A stretch of DNA of 64,000 nt from an uncultured bacterium (GCA_963703245.1 OY969803.1:59903-123902), one strand, 5' to 3'. Positions 1-10,784 are shown, numbered from the stretch's first letter. Made by a program: numbers and translations. The notes: generated by a model from the letters alone, not told the origin.

Positions 1-1071
1 ATTATTGGCGGCAAATTCTGGCAAAAATTCTTTTTCCAAGAATTCAGCGTCTTCTGCTCCTATCCTAAAGGTGATTATTGTTCCGACGTTTCCAAAAACT
101 GCGTCTCTAACGGTTTCGTCCATCTGAGTGATGTATTGATGAGCTAAAATTAGAACTAACCTATATTTTCTCGCCTCGGATAAAATATTAACAAAAGATT
201 CTGTAGCAAAATTTTGAAATTCGTCAACATATAAATAAAAATCTTTTCTTTTTTCTTCGGAAATATCAACCCGAGACATTGCTGCTAATTGAAGTTTTGT
301 AATTAATAAGGCTCCTAATAACCTGGAATTCTCTTCGCCGATTTTCCCCTTGGACAAATTCATGATTAGAATTTTCCCTTCGTCCATTATCTTTCTCATG
401 TCAATGGTTGAACGAACCTGCCCAATAATATTTCTAATTAAGGACGCTGAAATAAACTGGCCAACTTTGTTTTGGATAGCGGCTTTTGCCTCAACTTCGT
501 ATCTCTGGGTATAAGAAGCGTATTCCTGCACCCAAAAAGCTTTAATTACCGGATCCTTAATATTATCAACTACTTTTTTTCTGTATTCTGGATCGGATAA
601 CATTCGGTTAATGCCCAATAGGGTTGCTCCTGGATATTCTAAAAGCGCCAAAATACAATTATTCAAAATATATTCCATTCTTGCTGACCATACATCGGGC
701 CAAATTTTCTTGAATACTCCCAAAAGCCCTGCTGCTACTAAATGGCGATGTTCTTGATCAACTTTTTCCATAATATTAAAAGCAATGGGGAAATTCAGGT
801 CAGCCGGATTAAAATAGATTACATCATTAATTCTGTCAGCTGGAACAAAATCAAGTATTTTTTCAGCAAATTCTCCGTGAGGATCAACCACTCCTACTCC
901 GTTGCCTTTCTGAATATCCTGAATTACCATATTTTCCAACATCACGGTTTTGCCCATACCAGTTTTACCAACAACATAAATATGCCGACGCCTGTCATCG
1001 GCTTTAATGCCAAATTTTTTTCTCTCGTTCCGGAAAGTAGTTTCACCGAAAAAAATTATATCGTTGTTCAT
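1..1071 (-). CDS. TraD/VirD4/HerA-like P-loop ATPase (type IV secretion coupling-protein-like); C-terminus lies outside the window
   Basis: Open minus-strand frame from ATG at 1071-1069 to the window edge; absent from the ORF track because it has no stop in the window. My translation reads MNNDIIFFGETTFRNERKKFGIKADDRRRHIYVVGKTGMGKTVMLE (Walker A GKTGMGKT). Later come FYLYVDEFQNF (Walker B-like) and AHQYITQMDETVRDAVFGNVGTIITFRIGAEDAEF, typical of T4SS coupling/DNA-binding ATPases. Confidence 0.7.
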   Translation of the reverse strand, partial: MNNDIIFFGETTFRNERKKFGIKADDRRRHIYVVGKTGMGKTVMLENMVIQDIQKGNGVGVVDPHGEFAEKILDFVPADRINDVIYFNPADLNFPIAFNIMEKVDQEHRHLVAAGLLGVFKKIWPDVWSARMEYILNNCILALLEYPGATLLGINRMLSDPEYRKKVVDNIKDPVIKAFWVQEYASYTQRYEVEAKAAIQNKVGQFISASLIRNIIGQVRSTIDMRKIMDEGKILIMNLSKGKIGEENSRLLGALLITKLQLAAMSRVDISEEKRKDFYLYVDEFQNFATESFVNILSEARKYRLVLILAHQYITQMDETVRDAVFGNVGTIITFRIGAEDAEFLEKEFLPEFAANN

Positions 1072-1074
1072 AAT

Positions 1075-2382
1075 TTATTCAATTGGCAAAGTAGAGGGCG
1101 GCTCTCCTTTTTTATATTGAACGCGAGGAACGGTAGGAGCTGGAGCAACACTTCTGCCCGGTAAATGCCACAGAGAAGCTAATTCTTCGGTGTTCAAAAC
1201 AATTGTCCCACCGCTTAAGGGGAAATAAGGAGGCAAGCGTTTTTGGAAATACCTGAATAATCTCCTGCATTTCAGATAAACTCTTCTTTTTTTAAAAAAA
1301 TAAGTGACTTTTGTTAAAGTGTTTTTTTCAATTCTTAAGTGATTTAAATTAACCGTACCGAATGAATTAGTGAAGCCAAAAGGAATTTTTGCCATTGCTT
1401 TTAGAAAAACATCTCTTTTCCCAAGATAAATCCAGCGAACGGTGCTTTCATAACAAAATTTGGAAATTTTTTCTTCAATTGATTTTACTACTTCTTTTTC
1501 TCCGGGAGTCATTTCCATCTCGGGAAGAGTTTGTCTTACTTCTTTTTTTTCTTCTTTTGGAGGACCAAATGCCACAATTTCCGCTGCTTCCTGTAAAATT
1601 GGCTTTGCTTTTTCTTTTTCGGGTCTTTTAACTAATTTATCAACAATCTTTTTCCCTTCTTCGACTAAATTTTTCTCGCCCCCTTCTCCAATAACAATGG
1701 GTTTGGCAACAATTTGAAACCAAAGCTGTTCACCGGGTTTCATCGCGGATATTCCATCCAATAAAGTAGATAAAGGATCCATCCTTTTCTCTTCTTTCGT
1801 GTCTGGACTCACTTCAAAGAATTTTTGATAAGTTTTAATCGGATAGACATGGGGTTTTTCAAACCTATAAGACGTACCAAAGAGGTCCCATTCTTTGTTT
1901 GGAATATCTTGGGGAACTTTTTTGGTATAATCGTCAACTTCAAATATTTCCGCCTCGGGATATTGGGAATAAATCGTTGATTCAACAAAATTTTTAAACA
2001 TCTTCCTAGCTCTAATGTAAAAATGGGGAACGCCGTCAATGCCAGCGATCTCAAGAGAAAAAGAAAGTAAGAAATGTCCTTCAATCCATTTTTCTTTCCA
2101 GTTTGGCGGATCGTAAATTGCCCACAAATTAGCAAAAATGTTTTCCATTACTTTAATTGGTCTTTCAACTTCTTCAGGCAATCTGATTTCGAGAAGAATA
2201 CTTGGCATCGTAGCATCCCATTTTTCGGCGATATAATAGTAATAAATTAATTTAAAGAACTGAAAAAATACCAGCAAGGCTGGTATCCACCACCAATCTT
2301 TGAGGATTTTTAAAAAAACAGGTAGAATCGCTGGTAATTTGTCAGCGATGGTTTGCCATATTGGAGATAAAACTTCTGGCAT
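1075..2382 (-). CDS. N-terminally membrane-anchored protein of unknown function, coupled to the downstream ATPase
   Basis: 435-aa ORF. Hydrophobic N-terminus (LPAILPVFLKILKDWWWIPALLVFFQFFKLIYYYY) followed by a soluble domain. Its stop at 1075 is 3 nt from the ATPase start at 1071, suggesting an operon. Confidence 0.6.
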   Translation of the reverse strand: MPEVLSPIWQTIADKLPAILPVFLKILKDWWWIPALLVFFQFFKLIYYYYIAEKWDATMPSILLEIRLPEEVERPIKVMENIFANLWAIYDPPNWKEKWIEGHFLLSFSLEIAGIDGVPHFYIRARKMFKNFVESTIYSQYPEAEIFEVDDYTKKVPQDIPNKEWDLFGTSYRFEKPHVYPIKTYQKFFEVSPDTKEEKRMDPLSTLLDGISAMKPGEQLWFQIVAKPIVIGEGGEKNLVEEGKKIVDKLVKRPEKEKAKPILQEAAEIVAFGPPKEEKKEVRQTLPEMEMTPGEKEVVKSIEEKISKFCYESTVRWIYLGKRDVFLKAMAKIPFGFTNSFGTVNLNHLRIEKNTLTKVTYFFKKRRVYLKCRRLFRYFQKRLPPYFPLSGGTIVLNTEELASLWHLPGRSVAPAPTVPRVQYKKGEPPSTLPIE

Positions 2383-2398
2383 TAATAAAAAGGCGCAA

Positions 2399-3427
2399 TT
2401 ATTTTTTTAAGGTATATTTTCCGTCTTTTGTCCTTGAAAAGTAATCTTTATTTGAAAGATTGAGTAAAATTGTGTTCGCTTTGACTAATCTTTGCGATAA
2501 AACCCTTTCAATAATTTCATCTTTTGTTAAAGCTTTTTTCGCTGCTTTCAAAACATCTACAATTATATCTTTTACCCAGCCGGGTTTATATCCCCATTCG
2601 GAAATAGCATAAATTCCCCTCCCTACCAAAACAAATCTTGGGTCTTTTATCAATTCATTATGAACCGTCTGAGGAAGCGCTTGTTCCGGGTAAAGGCTGA
2701 ATTTATTGATTTTATCAGTAATATCCATAAAGTGAAGGGGCTTTCCTTCTTTCTTAAGAATAAGGAAGGCTCTATCTTTTATTCCTCTGGGCTTTATTTC
2801 CGGCCAATCAGTTAAACCGATTTCTCCAAAAGAATTTTCTTCAATTTTTTTAGCGATTTCGTATGAAGAGATTATAAGCTCCAGTTTTATTTGTTTTCCA
2901 AACTGATTTTTCAATTCTTTTATTTTCATCTCAAAAAATTCATTCCTTGGAGAAGGATTTGATTCTTTCTTGAGATCTGCAATAAGACGGTCAACAACTT
3001 CTTGGGAAAGTTTAACTAAATCTGGCTTAACTGTCCAAAAAGGATAAAATTCATTAGTTTCCCCGTATCTAATAAACGGGTCTCCTAAAGTTAAAAGAAA
3101 GAAAACACAGGTTTTTTCGTTATCTTTCCCAAGCTCAGATAACGCCATATCTTCTCTTTTTAAACCACCCTGATTTTTAAAATAATCTTGAAAATAATCA
3201 AAAGCAGGTGCGGCAAATTTTAAAACTTCTGGTCTCTTTAAACGGCTCATTCCATCTTCCTCGATTTGGCGAACTCTCTCCCGAGTCAATTTATATTCCT
3301 CGCCAATGCCCTCCAATGTTTCTTTTTCGCCTTTTTCTAAACCAAAACGTCGGACTAAAATGTCCTTTGTCCTATCGGGTAAACCTCCTAAAAGATTTGA
3401 GCAAATTTTATGGTAATTTAATGGCAT
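2399..3427 (-). CDS. sigma-70 region-4-like HTH protein with a C-terminal HARE-HTH-like winged helix
   Basis: 342-aa ORF. N-terminus DILVRRFGLEKGEKETLEGIGEEYKLTRERVRQIEEDGMSRLK matches the sigma region 4 / LuxR-type HTH pattern. C-terminus IIVDVLKAAKKALTKDEIIERVLSQ resembles the HARE-HTH of RpoE-delta-like proteins. Confidence 0.5.
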   Translation of the reverse strand: MPLNYHKICSNLLGGLPDRTKDILVRRFGLEKGEKETLEGIGEEYKLTRERVRQIEEDGMSRLKRPEVLKFAAPAFDYFQDYFKNQGGLKREDMALSELGKDNEKTCVFFLLTLGDPFIRYGETNEFYPFWTVKPDLVKLSQEVVDRLIADLKKESNPSPRNEFFEMKIKELKNQFGKQIKLELIISSYEIAKKIEENSFGEIGLTDWPEIKPRGIKDRAFLILKKEGKPLHFMDITDKINKFSLYPEQALPQTVHNELIKDPRFVLVGRGIYAISEWGYKPGWVKDIIVDVLKAAKKALTKDEIIERVLSQRLVKANTILLNLSNKDYFSRTKDGKYTLKK

Positions 3428-3481
3428 GTTAATTCAATATAACATATTCTAAATGACCTGTCAACGGCGATTTTACCCCCT

Positions 3482-4366
3482 CTAGCCCTTTTTCTTTAAC
3501 CAGCTGACTAATAAGGGGCTGGCAATAAATATTGATGAATAAGCTCCAGAAGTTATCCCTATAATAAGAGCTAAAGCAAAATACCTTAAAGTTTGACCAC
3601 CGAAAAAGAAAATAGCAAAAAGGACAATCAAAACAGTTAAAACCGTATTAATTGATCTACCAAGGGTTTGATTTAAACTCCAATTAACAGTCTCCTCAAA
3701 TGACTGAGAGCTTCTTTTTAGAATATTTTCTCTAATTCTATCAAAAATAACTATTGTGTCATGCACCGAATAACCAAGTATAGTTAAAAGGGCTGCGATA
3801 ATCGGAATTGTAATCTCAATATTGTAAAGTTTTCCCAAAACAGCGAAAATTCCTAAAGGAATTAAAATATCGTGAAAAAGAGCGATTAACGAGGCAACTC
3901 CATACCTCCAAGAAGAGATTGGCCTAGAAATCTTTCTAAAAGCAATAGCAATATAAATAGTAATAGCAAATAAAGCCATAATTATAGCGAGGATGGTTTT
4001 TTGTTTTATTTCTTTACCAATTGATGGCCCTATGCTTTCAAAGTGTAATTCTTGAATTTTAGAAAGATCCCCAAGGTTTTTTAATATCTCCTGGTGGACT
4101 GTTTCGTCAATGTTTTTTAATCTCAAAATTACTCCTTTCTCCCCTGTCGGCTGAATAATAATTTCTCCCAAATTGAGACTTTTTAGTTTGTCTTCGATTA
4201 CCGAATTCTCTGGTCTTTTTTCAAAATTTAATTCCGTCATACTTCCACCAGTCAATTCAATACCAAATTTTAGACCGAAAATTATTATAGAAGTAATTGC
4301 TGCTATAATTAAAATTCCAGAAAGAATATAATAAACTTTTGAATATCTTGTAAATTGTATGTTCAT
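3482..4366 (-). CDS. secF: protein translocase subunit SecF
   Basis: 294-aa polytopic membrane protein directly downstream of secD. Has the typical SecF C-terminal TM bundle (HDILIPLGIFAVLG, VIFDRIRE). Confidence 0.9.
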   Translation of the reverse strand: MNIQFTRYSKVYYILSGILIIAAITSIIIFGLKFGIELTGGSMTELNFEKRPENSVIEDKLKSLNLGEIIIQPTGEKGVILRLKNIDETVHQEILKNLGDLSKIQELHFESIGPSIGKEIKQKTILAIIMALFAITIYIAIAFRKISRPISSWRYGVASLIALFHDILIPLGIFAVLGKLYNIEITIPIIAALLTILGYSVHDTIVIFDRIRENILKRSSQSFEETVNWSLNQTLGRSINTVLTVLIVLFAIFFFGGQTLRYFALALIIGITSGAYSSIFIASPLLVSWLKKKG

Positions 4367-4370
4367 ATTT

Positions 4371-5753
4371 TTACCAAAGCCAGTGAATTTTCTCTAATTT
4401 TGTATTACTAAAAAATTTCAAAAAGATTCTTGTTATAAAAATTGCTGAAAACATACTCGCTAAAACTCCAATACCTAAAGTCAAAGCAAATCCTTTAATA
4501 AAACTTGTGGCGAAGGTAAATAAAATAGCGCAAACAATCAAAGAATTAAAATTGCTATCTCGAATAGAAGGCCAAGCCCTTCTAAAACCTTCTTCCACTG
4601 ACGCGGAAAAACTTTTCCCTTGGCGAATTTCTTCTCTCATTCTTGAAAAAATTAAAATATTAGCATCAACCGCCATCCCAATAGATAAAATAAAACCTGC
4701 AATACCTGCTAAAGTTAGAGTAACTGGAATTAGTTTGAAAAAAGCCAAAACTAAAGCAATGTAAATTCCTAAGGCCAAAGAAGCGAGAATGCCAGGGAAT
4801 CTATAAAAAATTATCATAAATAAAATTACTGCCAAAAAACCAAAGATTCCAGATTTTAAAGATTGTTCCAAAGAAATCTTTCCTAACATTGGACCTACGG
4901 TTTGTTGGGAAATTAATTTTATCGGCACGGGAAGGGCTCCGGCATTTAAATTCCTAACTAAATCTCTGGCTGTATTCATAGTAAAATTTCCAGTAATCTG
5001 GGCTTTGCCACCCGAAATTGCCTCTTGAACGGTTGGAGCTGAAATTGGAGCCTGATCAATATAAATCGCCAGTTGTTTCCCGATATTTTTTGAGGTTAAT
5101 TCTTCGAAAATTTTAGCTCCCTCGTCATTAAATTGAAGCAAAACCATAGGCTTTGGATTTGTTTGGTCAAAACCAAGTTCTGCTTTCTTTAAATATTTTC
5201 CGGTTAAACTGGTAGCTTGAAAATAAGGATCTTCTAAAGCCAATTGCCAGTCAGGAAGTTTTTGGAGCTCTTCTAAATTTTTCCCTTCCACTTCTTTTTG
5301 TTTTGCAATAATTTTTTGAGTTTCTTCTTCTGGTCTTTGTTCTTTGAATTCAAGATAAGGAGTCTGCCCAATCATTTTTATCGCTTCGTTAACGTCTTTA
5401 ATTCCGGCTAATTCAATAATTAATCTTTCATTTTGAATTTGAACAACAGGTTCGCTGACGCCTAAAAGATTTACTCTTCTTTCTATAACGTCTCTTAATC
5501 CGGACATTGAATCTGCTTTTTCTTTTTCTCCAATTTGAGACAAATCGGCTTCATAAACAAGATGAGAACCTCCCTGGAGATCTAACCCTAATTTAAAAGA
5601 GATTTCTGGAAAGTGAGGTATTTTAATTACTTCTTCTTTAGCATTTATGAAATCCACGCCCTGATTGAAATATTTAGGGTAATCCAAAATCCCGGCAGAA
5701 GCTGCCAGAATAAAAATAAAAATTAGTGATATGCTTGTTTTCTTTTTTGACAT
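4371..5753 (-). CDS. secD: protein translocase subunit SecD
   Basis: 460-aa ORF with an N-terminal TM, a periplasmic-type domain (GLDLQGGSHLVYEAD, RVNLLGVSEPVVQ) and a C-terminal 5-TM block (AVDANILIFSRMREE). Confidence 0.9.
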   Translation of the reverse strand: MSKKKTSISLIFIFILAASAGILDYPKYFNQGVDFINAKEEVIKIPHFPEISFKLGLDLQGGSHLVYEADLSQIGEKEKADSMSGLRDVIERRVNLLGVSEPVVQIQNERLIIELAGIKDVNEAIKMIGQTPYLEFKEQRPEEETQKIIAKQKEVEGKNLEELQKLPDWQLALEDPYFQATSLTGKYLKKAELGFDQTNPKPMVLLQFNDEGAKIFEELTSKNIGKQLAIYIDQAPISAPTVQEAISGGKAQITGNFTMNTARDLVRNLNAGALPVPIKLISQQTVGPMLGKISLEQSLKSGIFGFLAVILFMIIFYRFPGILASLALGIYIALVLAFFKLIPVTLTLAGIAGFILSIGMAVDANILIFSRMREEIRQGKSFSASVEEGFRRAWPSIRDSNFNSLIVCAILFTFATSFIKGFALTLGIGVLASMFSAIFITRIFLKFFSNTKLEKIHWLW

Positions 5754-5763
5754 TTCCTATATT

Positions 5764-6306
5764 CTACAATAATTTTTTTGCTTTGAGAAGAGGGATAAAA
5801 CCTAAAATTTTAGGGTCAATTGTTATTTTTTTTGATTGTTTTATTAAAAATTCCCTCAAGTTTTTCAAAGGAACTTTTATTACCTCTATTTCTTCAACAT
5901 CCTCTTTAGTTGTAGGATTGCTTTTTAATTCAACTTCAGGAGCGAAAAATAAAATTCCTTCATTTGTAACAAAAGCTGGATCTATGGCGAATTTTAAAAT
6001 TGGAATTAATTTTTTAGCAAGATATCCAGTTTCTTCTATAAGTTCTCTTTTAGCGGCTTTTTCGGGCTTTTCTCCTTTTTTATCTAAAAGGCCTGCGGGA
6101 AGTTCAATACTAAATGAATTGATTGGAATGCGATAAATTTTTTCCAAAATTACTTCTTTATTTTTAGTCAAGGGAAAAATAAAAACAGCATTTGGCTTTT
6201 TAATACATTCCCAAATTCCTTTTTCTCCATTTTTGGTAAAATATTCTTTACTTAATACTTCTAGATATTTTCCTTTGTAAACTATTTTTTGTTTCGAAAT
6301 CTTCAT
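5764..6306 (-). CDS. NUDIX hydrolase (ADP-ribose pyrophosphatase-like)
   Basis: Nudix box GLLDKKGEKPEKAAKRELIEETGY fits Gx5Ex7REUxEExGU. Confidence 0.8.
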   Translation of the reverse strand: MKISKQKIVYKGKYLEVLSKEYFTKNGEKGIWECIKKPNAVFIFPLTKNKEVILEKIYRIPINSFSIELPAGLLDKKGEKPEKAAKRELIEETGYLAKKLIPILKFAIDPAFVTNEGILFFAPEVELKSNPTTKEDVEEIEVIKVPLKNLREFLIKQSKKITIDPKILGFIPLLKAKKLL

Positions 6307-6314
6307 ATTAAAAA

Positions 6315-6770
6315 TTAATTATCCCAAACTATTTCCAAAGTTTCATATTCACCGTCTGATTCCCTATATTTTCCTACCATAAAATGCAAATGGGGCCCTA
6401 AATGAGCCAACCATCCCGTCGCTCCACCATAACCTATAATTTGCCCTTTTTCAGCCCTTCCTCCGATTTTGACTAAAACGCCATCTTTTCTAAGATGTTC
6501 GTAAATTGAGTACTCGTCGTTTTTGTGCTTTATTTCAATAAAATTTCCTAATTCTTCTAATTCTTTTTCCTCGCCGCCAATATCTGAATCCGACTTTAAA
6601 TCAACAACTACTCCGTCGGCAGCAGCAAAAATTTCCGCGCCTTCTTCAATAATAAAATCTACTGAATATTTTAAATTTTCTACGTGCGCCGGCGATTCGT
6701 CATAACTAATTTTAATTTTTTCATTTATTTTTACCGGATAGATATATTTATTTTTCGTTTTAGTCTCCAT
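6315..6770 (-). CDS. M23/LytM-family peptidase domain protein
   Basis: 151-aa ORF with AAADGVVVD, IEIKHKNDEYSIYEHL and GPHLHF motifs typical of M23 metallopeptidases. No obvious signal peptide. Confidence 0.6.
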   Translation of the reverse strand: METKTKNKYIYPVKINEKIKISYDESPAHVENLKYSVDFIIEEGAEIFAAADGVVVDLKSDSDIGGEEKELEELGNFIEIKHKNDEYSIYEHLRKDGVLVKIGGRAEKGQIIGYGGATGWLAHLGPHLHFMVGKYRESDGEYETLEIVWDN

Positions 6771-6772
6771 TT

Positions 6773-7123
6773 CTATTTTAATTTTAGAGCTATAAGGCCG
6801 TATTTTTTAATTTTTTCCTTATAATTTGGAAAACTACACCACATTCTTTCTAATTCTCTATTCGAGTGTATTTTAGGATTAATATCTTCTGGTTTATATA
6901 TTTTCAAAATCTCCTTTATATTTTTGAAAAATTCAGCTTTCAAAACCTGCTTTTTATAATTTTCTTTGCCACATACTAATTTAATGGTATCGCCATCTTT
7001 AATATTACGAAATCTAATAGTTGCTGCTCTTGTCTCGATTTTTTTCTTTCCATTTTTTATCGCTTCAAAAATATCTCTATTAATTTCTCTGAATCTTAAT
7101 TGTGTTATCTTTTTATTTCCCAT
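6773..7123 (-). CDS. ASCH-domain protein
   Basis: 116-aa ORF. FEAIKNGKKKIETRAATIRFRNIKDGDTIKL matches the ASCH beta-barrel N-terminal pattern. Confidence 0.5.
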   Translation of the reverse strand: MGNKKITQLRFREINRDIFEAIKNGKKKIETRAATIRFRNIKDGDTIKLVCGKENYKKQVLKAEFFKNIKEILKIYKPEDINPKIHSNRELERMWCSFPNYKEKIKKYGLIALKLK

Positions 7124-7157
7124 GGCGCTTTTAGTATTTATTCCATAAAATATTTTG

Positions 7158-7778
7158 TCATGTAAATAACTCCTTTCTTTTGGGGATAACTTTTTTTAGT
7201 ATCTTCTTGATCCGACTACTTTTTGAATAAAACGGATGAAATTCCAGTAATGCCTCTGTTATTTTTTTATTGCTTGACTGGATTTTCTTCCAAATTCTTT
7301 TCGAAATTGCTAGTAAAAATACTTCTTGTACATTCCTTATCATGTTTTTTTCTTCTGACATAGCCGGAAACACAACTATCTGATATGAGTGGCCAAAAAC
7401 TTCCTTAAAAAGCCAACTTGCTCTTCTCATATGCCAACCAGAGGTCACAAGCAAGATTCGTTTCCAATTCTTATGTTTTGCGACAATTTCTCTCGAGAAA
7501 ATTGCATTGCTCACCGTATCTAATGATTTGTCTTCAGAATAGAACCGGCTGGCACTAATGCCATTTGCTATTAGATATTTTTTCATCGCCTGTGCTTCGG
7601 TAATTTTTGGTTTAATTTCCATAAGTCCGCTCCAGCGACTACTTAATAAAATGGGCATCTTGATGAATTTGTTCTTTTCTTTTAAAAATCCATTCAAACG
7701 TTCTTTTGTTATCTTTGAGATTTTCCCTTGTTCGTCGATACCACCGCCCAAAATAATTATCACATCAATTTTCCCCAT
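7158..7778 (-). CDS. DUF218 / YdcF-SanA family protein
   Basis: IIILGGG, SLDTVSNA and LLVTSGWHMRRA motifs characteristic of the DUF218 family. Confidence 0.7.
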   Translation of the reverse strand: MGKIDVIIILGGGIDEQGKISKITKERLNGFLKEKNKFIKMPILLSSRWSGLMEIKPKITEAQAMKKYLIANGISASRFYSEDKSLDTVSNAIFSREIVAKHKNWKRILLVTSGWHMRRASWLFKEVFGHSYQIVVFPAMSEEKNMIRNVQEVFLLAISKRIWKKIQSSNKKITEALLEFHPFYSKSSRIKKILKKVIPKRKELFT

Positions 7779-7834
7779 AATTTATCCCTAAACCCCATGA
7801 CACTTTTTGTTTTTTATTCCTGTGTCCGCAGGGA

Positions 7835-8268
7835 TTATTTCTTAATTTTTGATATATCATCTACCGTTATCCATGCCGACATCGCACCAAATCCAGTTTT
7901 ATCAATCTCAAACGGTTCAACTTTCTGCGGATTTTTTAGGAATATGAGCATGCAATATTTCTTGTCTTTGAACCGCTCAAAAAATTCTGGAATTTTTTCT
8001 TTTTCTAACCCATCTTCATTACCGTATTCATTCAAGATTTCTTTTACTCGGTTCGGAGTCAAATCAGTAAACTGCATAACCTTGTTCACTTCTGCTTTCA
8101 GCTTTACTGGTTCGCCAGAATCTTTGAAGTAAACCGTTTCGCCCTTCCTTTAATTTTATTCCAAGGCCTGTATTTTACTGAATACCAACGCGATTCAATC
8201 TTTTTCTGACCATTCAGAATTTTTTGAGTCAATCCCCAAGATTTTCTCATTATTGCTAAGTGTTCCAT
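7835..8268 (-). pseudogene. ASCH-like gene split by one frameshift near 8145
   Basis: ORF 8104..8328 (probable true start MEHLAIMRKSWGLTQKILNGQKKIESRWY at 8268) ends RPWNKIKGRAKRFTSKILANQ*. Shifting one frame at about 8145 gives KGETVYFKDSGEPVKLKAEVNKVMQFTDL, which runs directly into ORF 7835..8089. Confidence 0.6.
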
Positions 8269-8272
8269 ATTC

Positions 8273-10699
8273 CTACTTACCATGACATCTTTTATACTTT
8301 TTGCCCGAACCACAAGGACAAGGATCATTTCTGCCGATTTCTTTTGCAGAGGTCGGCGTTTTATATGTAGTAGATGGCTTTTCGTTGGCTGGCTGCAGCG
8401 ACGCTTTCATAATGGTTTGGACTATAGTCAAATCAATTGTCTCAAGTAATTGTCTAAACATCTTATGACCTTCGTTTTTATATTCCACTAAAGGATCTTG
8501 CTGACCGTAAGCTCTTAGTCTTACCGAATCTCTAAGATATTCCATCTCTTCCAAATGATTCATCCATAACATATCCAAGGTTTTCAAGCTTATTATTTTT
8601 TCAATCTTACGCATATTTTCTTCGCCAATTTCTTTTTCTTTTTTTTCATAATCTTCTTTAGAAAAACCGGCTAATGTGGCCATATCTAAGGTTTTTTCTC
8701 TTAACTCTTTGGGAATAGCGATAATTATTTCCTTTCTTTTCCGATAAATAGTTTCTCTGTGTTTGTTCATTACGTCATCGTAATCCAAAACATGCTTCCT
8801 AACATCAAAATTAAATCCTTCTATTTTTGACTGGGCCGATTCAATCGCGCCGGAAACCATCCTTGCTTCAATGGGTTGATCTTCGGGAATTTTTAAATAA
8901 TTCAGTAAAGATTTTAGTTTTTCTCCGCCAAAAATTCTTAATAATTCATCTTCTAAAGAAACAAAAAATTGGGAGGAGCCCGGGTCTCCTTGTCTTCCGC
9001 CTCTTCCCCGCAACTGATCATCAATCCTCCTGGCTTCATGTCGTTCCGTCCCTATAATATGCAATCCGCCCAATTCAATGACTTTTTTTACTTCTTCTGG
9101 GCCTGACGGGTTTCCGCCCAAAATTATATCAACGCCACGACCTGCCATATTTGTAGCAACGGTTACTGCTCCTAATTTTCCTGCCTGGGCTATAATTTCT
9201 CCTTCTTTTTCGTGGTGTTTGGCATTTAAAATCTGATGTGGGATTCCTTCTCTTTCTAATAACTTCCCCAAAAATTCATTTTTATCGACCGACCTTGTCC
9301 CGACTAAAATCGGCTGGCCCTTTTTGTGTCTCTCTGCTATTGTCTTGACAAGCGCTTCAATTTTTCCTTTTTCCGTTTTATAAATTCGGTCAGACAAATC
9401 TTCCCTAATCATTGGTTTATTTGTTGGTATAGCAACAACATCTAATCTATAAACTTTGTCAAATTCTTCAGCTGAGGTGGAGGCGGTTCCTGTCATCCCG
9501 GCTAATTTTTTATACATTCTGAAATAATTTTGAAAAGTGATGGTGGCTAATGTCAGAGATTCTGGCTGAACTCTTACTCCTTCTTTAGCCTCGATTGCCT
9601 GGTGAAGACCGCCAGACCATCTGCGCCCTGGCATCAATCTTCCGGTGAATTCATCGATAATTATAACTTCGCCGTCTTTGACCACGTAATCGCGGTCTTT
9701 TTTAAATAAAACTTCTGCTCTTAAGGCCTGCTCTAAATGATGTAAATATTTTATTCCCCTCTCTTCATAAATATTTTCCATCCCTAAAATTTTCTCAATT
9801 TTGTTAACCCCATTTTCAGTTAAAGTCGCAACTCTCATCTTTTCGTCAATTTCATAATCATCTGTTTCTTTTAATTTCGGGATGATTCTCGCAAAATCAT
9901 TGTACCATTTGGAACTTTCGGTATCAGGAGCAGAAATAATCAAGGGAGTCCTCGCTTCGTCAATCAAAATAGAATCAACCTCATCGACGATAGTATAATT
10001 AAATCCTCTCTGGGATTGTTCAGATAAATCATAAATCATATTATCTTTTAAATAATCAAAACCGAATTCGTTGTTTGTTCCGTAAGTTATATCGGCTAAA
10101 TATGCTTCTTTTCTTGAAACCGGCCTAAGATAACTTTCAATGACTTTAAATCCGCCAACTGTATCTCGTTCTTTATCTAATTTTTCGCTTTCTTTTTCAT
10201 AATTGGGATCATATAAAAAAGCATTGTCGTGAACAATACAAGCTACCGACAACCCTAAAGCGTAGTAGATCTGTCCCATCCAGACAGTATCTCTTTTTGC
10301 TAAATAATCATTAACCGTAACCAAATGACATCCTTTTTCTTCTAAAGCATTTAAATAAAGAGGTAATGTCGCAGATAATGTTTTTCCTTCTCCGGTCTTC
10401 ATTTCCGCAATTTTCCCTTGATGCAAAACAATACCTCCGATTAGCTGAACGTCAAAATGCCGCTGGCCCAAAGTTCTTTTGGCAGCTATCCTGACCAAAG
10501 CAAATGCTTCTGGTAATAAATCATCCAAAGTTTCGCCCCTTTTTAATCTTTCTTTCAATTCTTTTGTTTTTTCTTTTACTTGTTCGCCAGAAAACTTTTC
10601 AAATTCCGGTTCAAAAGAATTGATTTTCTCAACCAACGGCTGAAGGTTTTTTACATATTTTTCATTGGCATCGCCAAAAATTTTAGTAAGAATACTCAT
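8273..10699 (-). CDS. secA: preprotein translocase ATPase SecA
   Basis: 808-aa ORF with MKTGEGKTL (Walker A), [18 protein letters not shown] and [11 protein letters not shown]-terminal zinc motif [14 protein letters not shown]. Confidence 0.97.
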   Translation of the reverse strand: MSILTKIFGDANEKYVKNLQPLVEKINSFEPEFEKFSGEQVKEKTKELKERLKRGETLDDLLPEAFALVRIAAKRTLGQRHFDVQLIGGIVLHQGKIAEMKTGEGKTLSATLPLYLNALEEKGCHLVTVNDYLAKRDTVWMGQIYYALGLSVACIVHDNAFLYDPNYEKESEKLDKERDTVGGFKVIESYLRPVSRKEAYLADITYGTNNEFGFDYLKDNMIYDLSEQSQRGFNYTIVDEVDSILIDEARTPLIISAPDTESSKWYNDFARIIPKLKETDDYEIDEKMRVATLTENGVNKIEKILGMENIYEERGIKYLHHLEQALRAEVLFKKDRDYVVKDGEVIIIDEFTGRLMPGRRWSGGLHQAIEAKEGVRVQPESLTLATITFQNYFRMYKKLAGMTGTASTSAEEFDKVYRLDVVAIPTNKPMIREDLSDRIYKTEKGKIEALVKTIAERHKKGQPILVGTRSVDKNEFLGKLLEREGIPHQILNAKHHEKEGEIIAQAGKLGAVTVATNMAGRGVDIILGGNPSGPEEVKKVIELGGLHIIGTERHEARRIDDQLRGRGGRQGDPGSSQFFVSLEDELLRIFGGEKLKSLLNYLKIPEDQPIEARMVSGAIESAQSKIEGFNFDVRKHVLDYDDVMNKHRETIYRKRKEIIIAIPKELREKTLDMATLAGFSKEDYEKKEKEIGEENMRKIEKIISLKTLDMLWMNHLEEMEYLRDSVRLRAYGQQDPLVEYKNEGHKMFRQLLETIDLTIVQTIMKASLQPANEKPSTTYKTPTSAKEIGRNDPCPCGSGKKYKRCHGK

Positions 10700-10784
10700 A
10701 ATTAAAAATTATACAATAAAATTCACTTTTTTTCAAATAAAAAACAGCTGTATTTTCTAACTGTTTTTAATATTAATTAATTGT

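Noticed and set aside
742-1164. Numerous ORFs in the six-frame track antisense to, or overlapping, long conserved genes (e.g. 742..1164, 1389..1631, 13617..14096, 17148..17391, 32558..33007, 48910..49341, 50665..51042, 58267..58674).
   Set aside because: They lie opposite or out of frame within genes that have clear conserved motifs. They have low-complexity or hydrophobic shadow-frame composition and no SD. They are treated as spurious.
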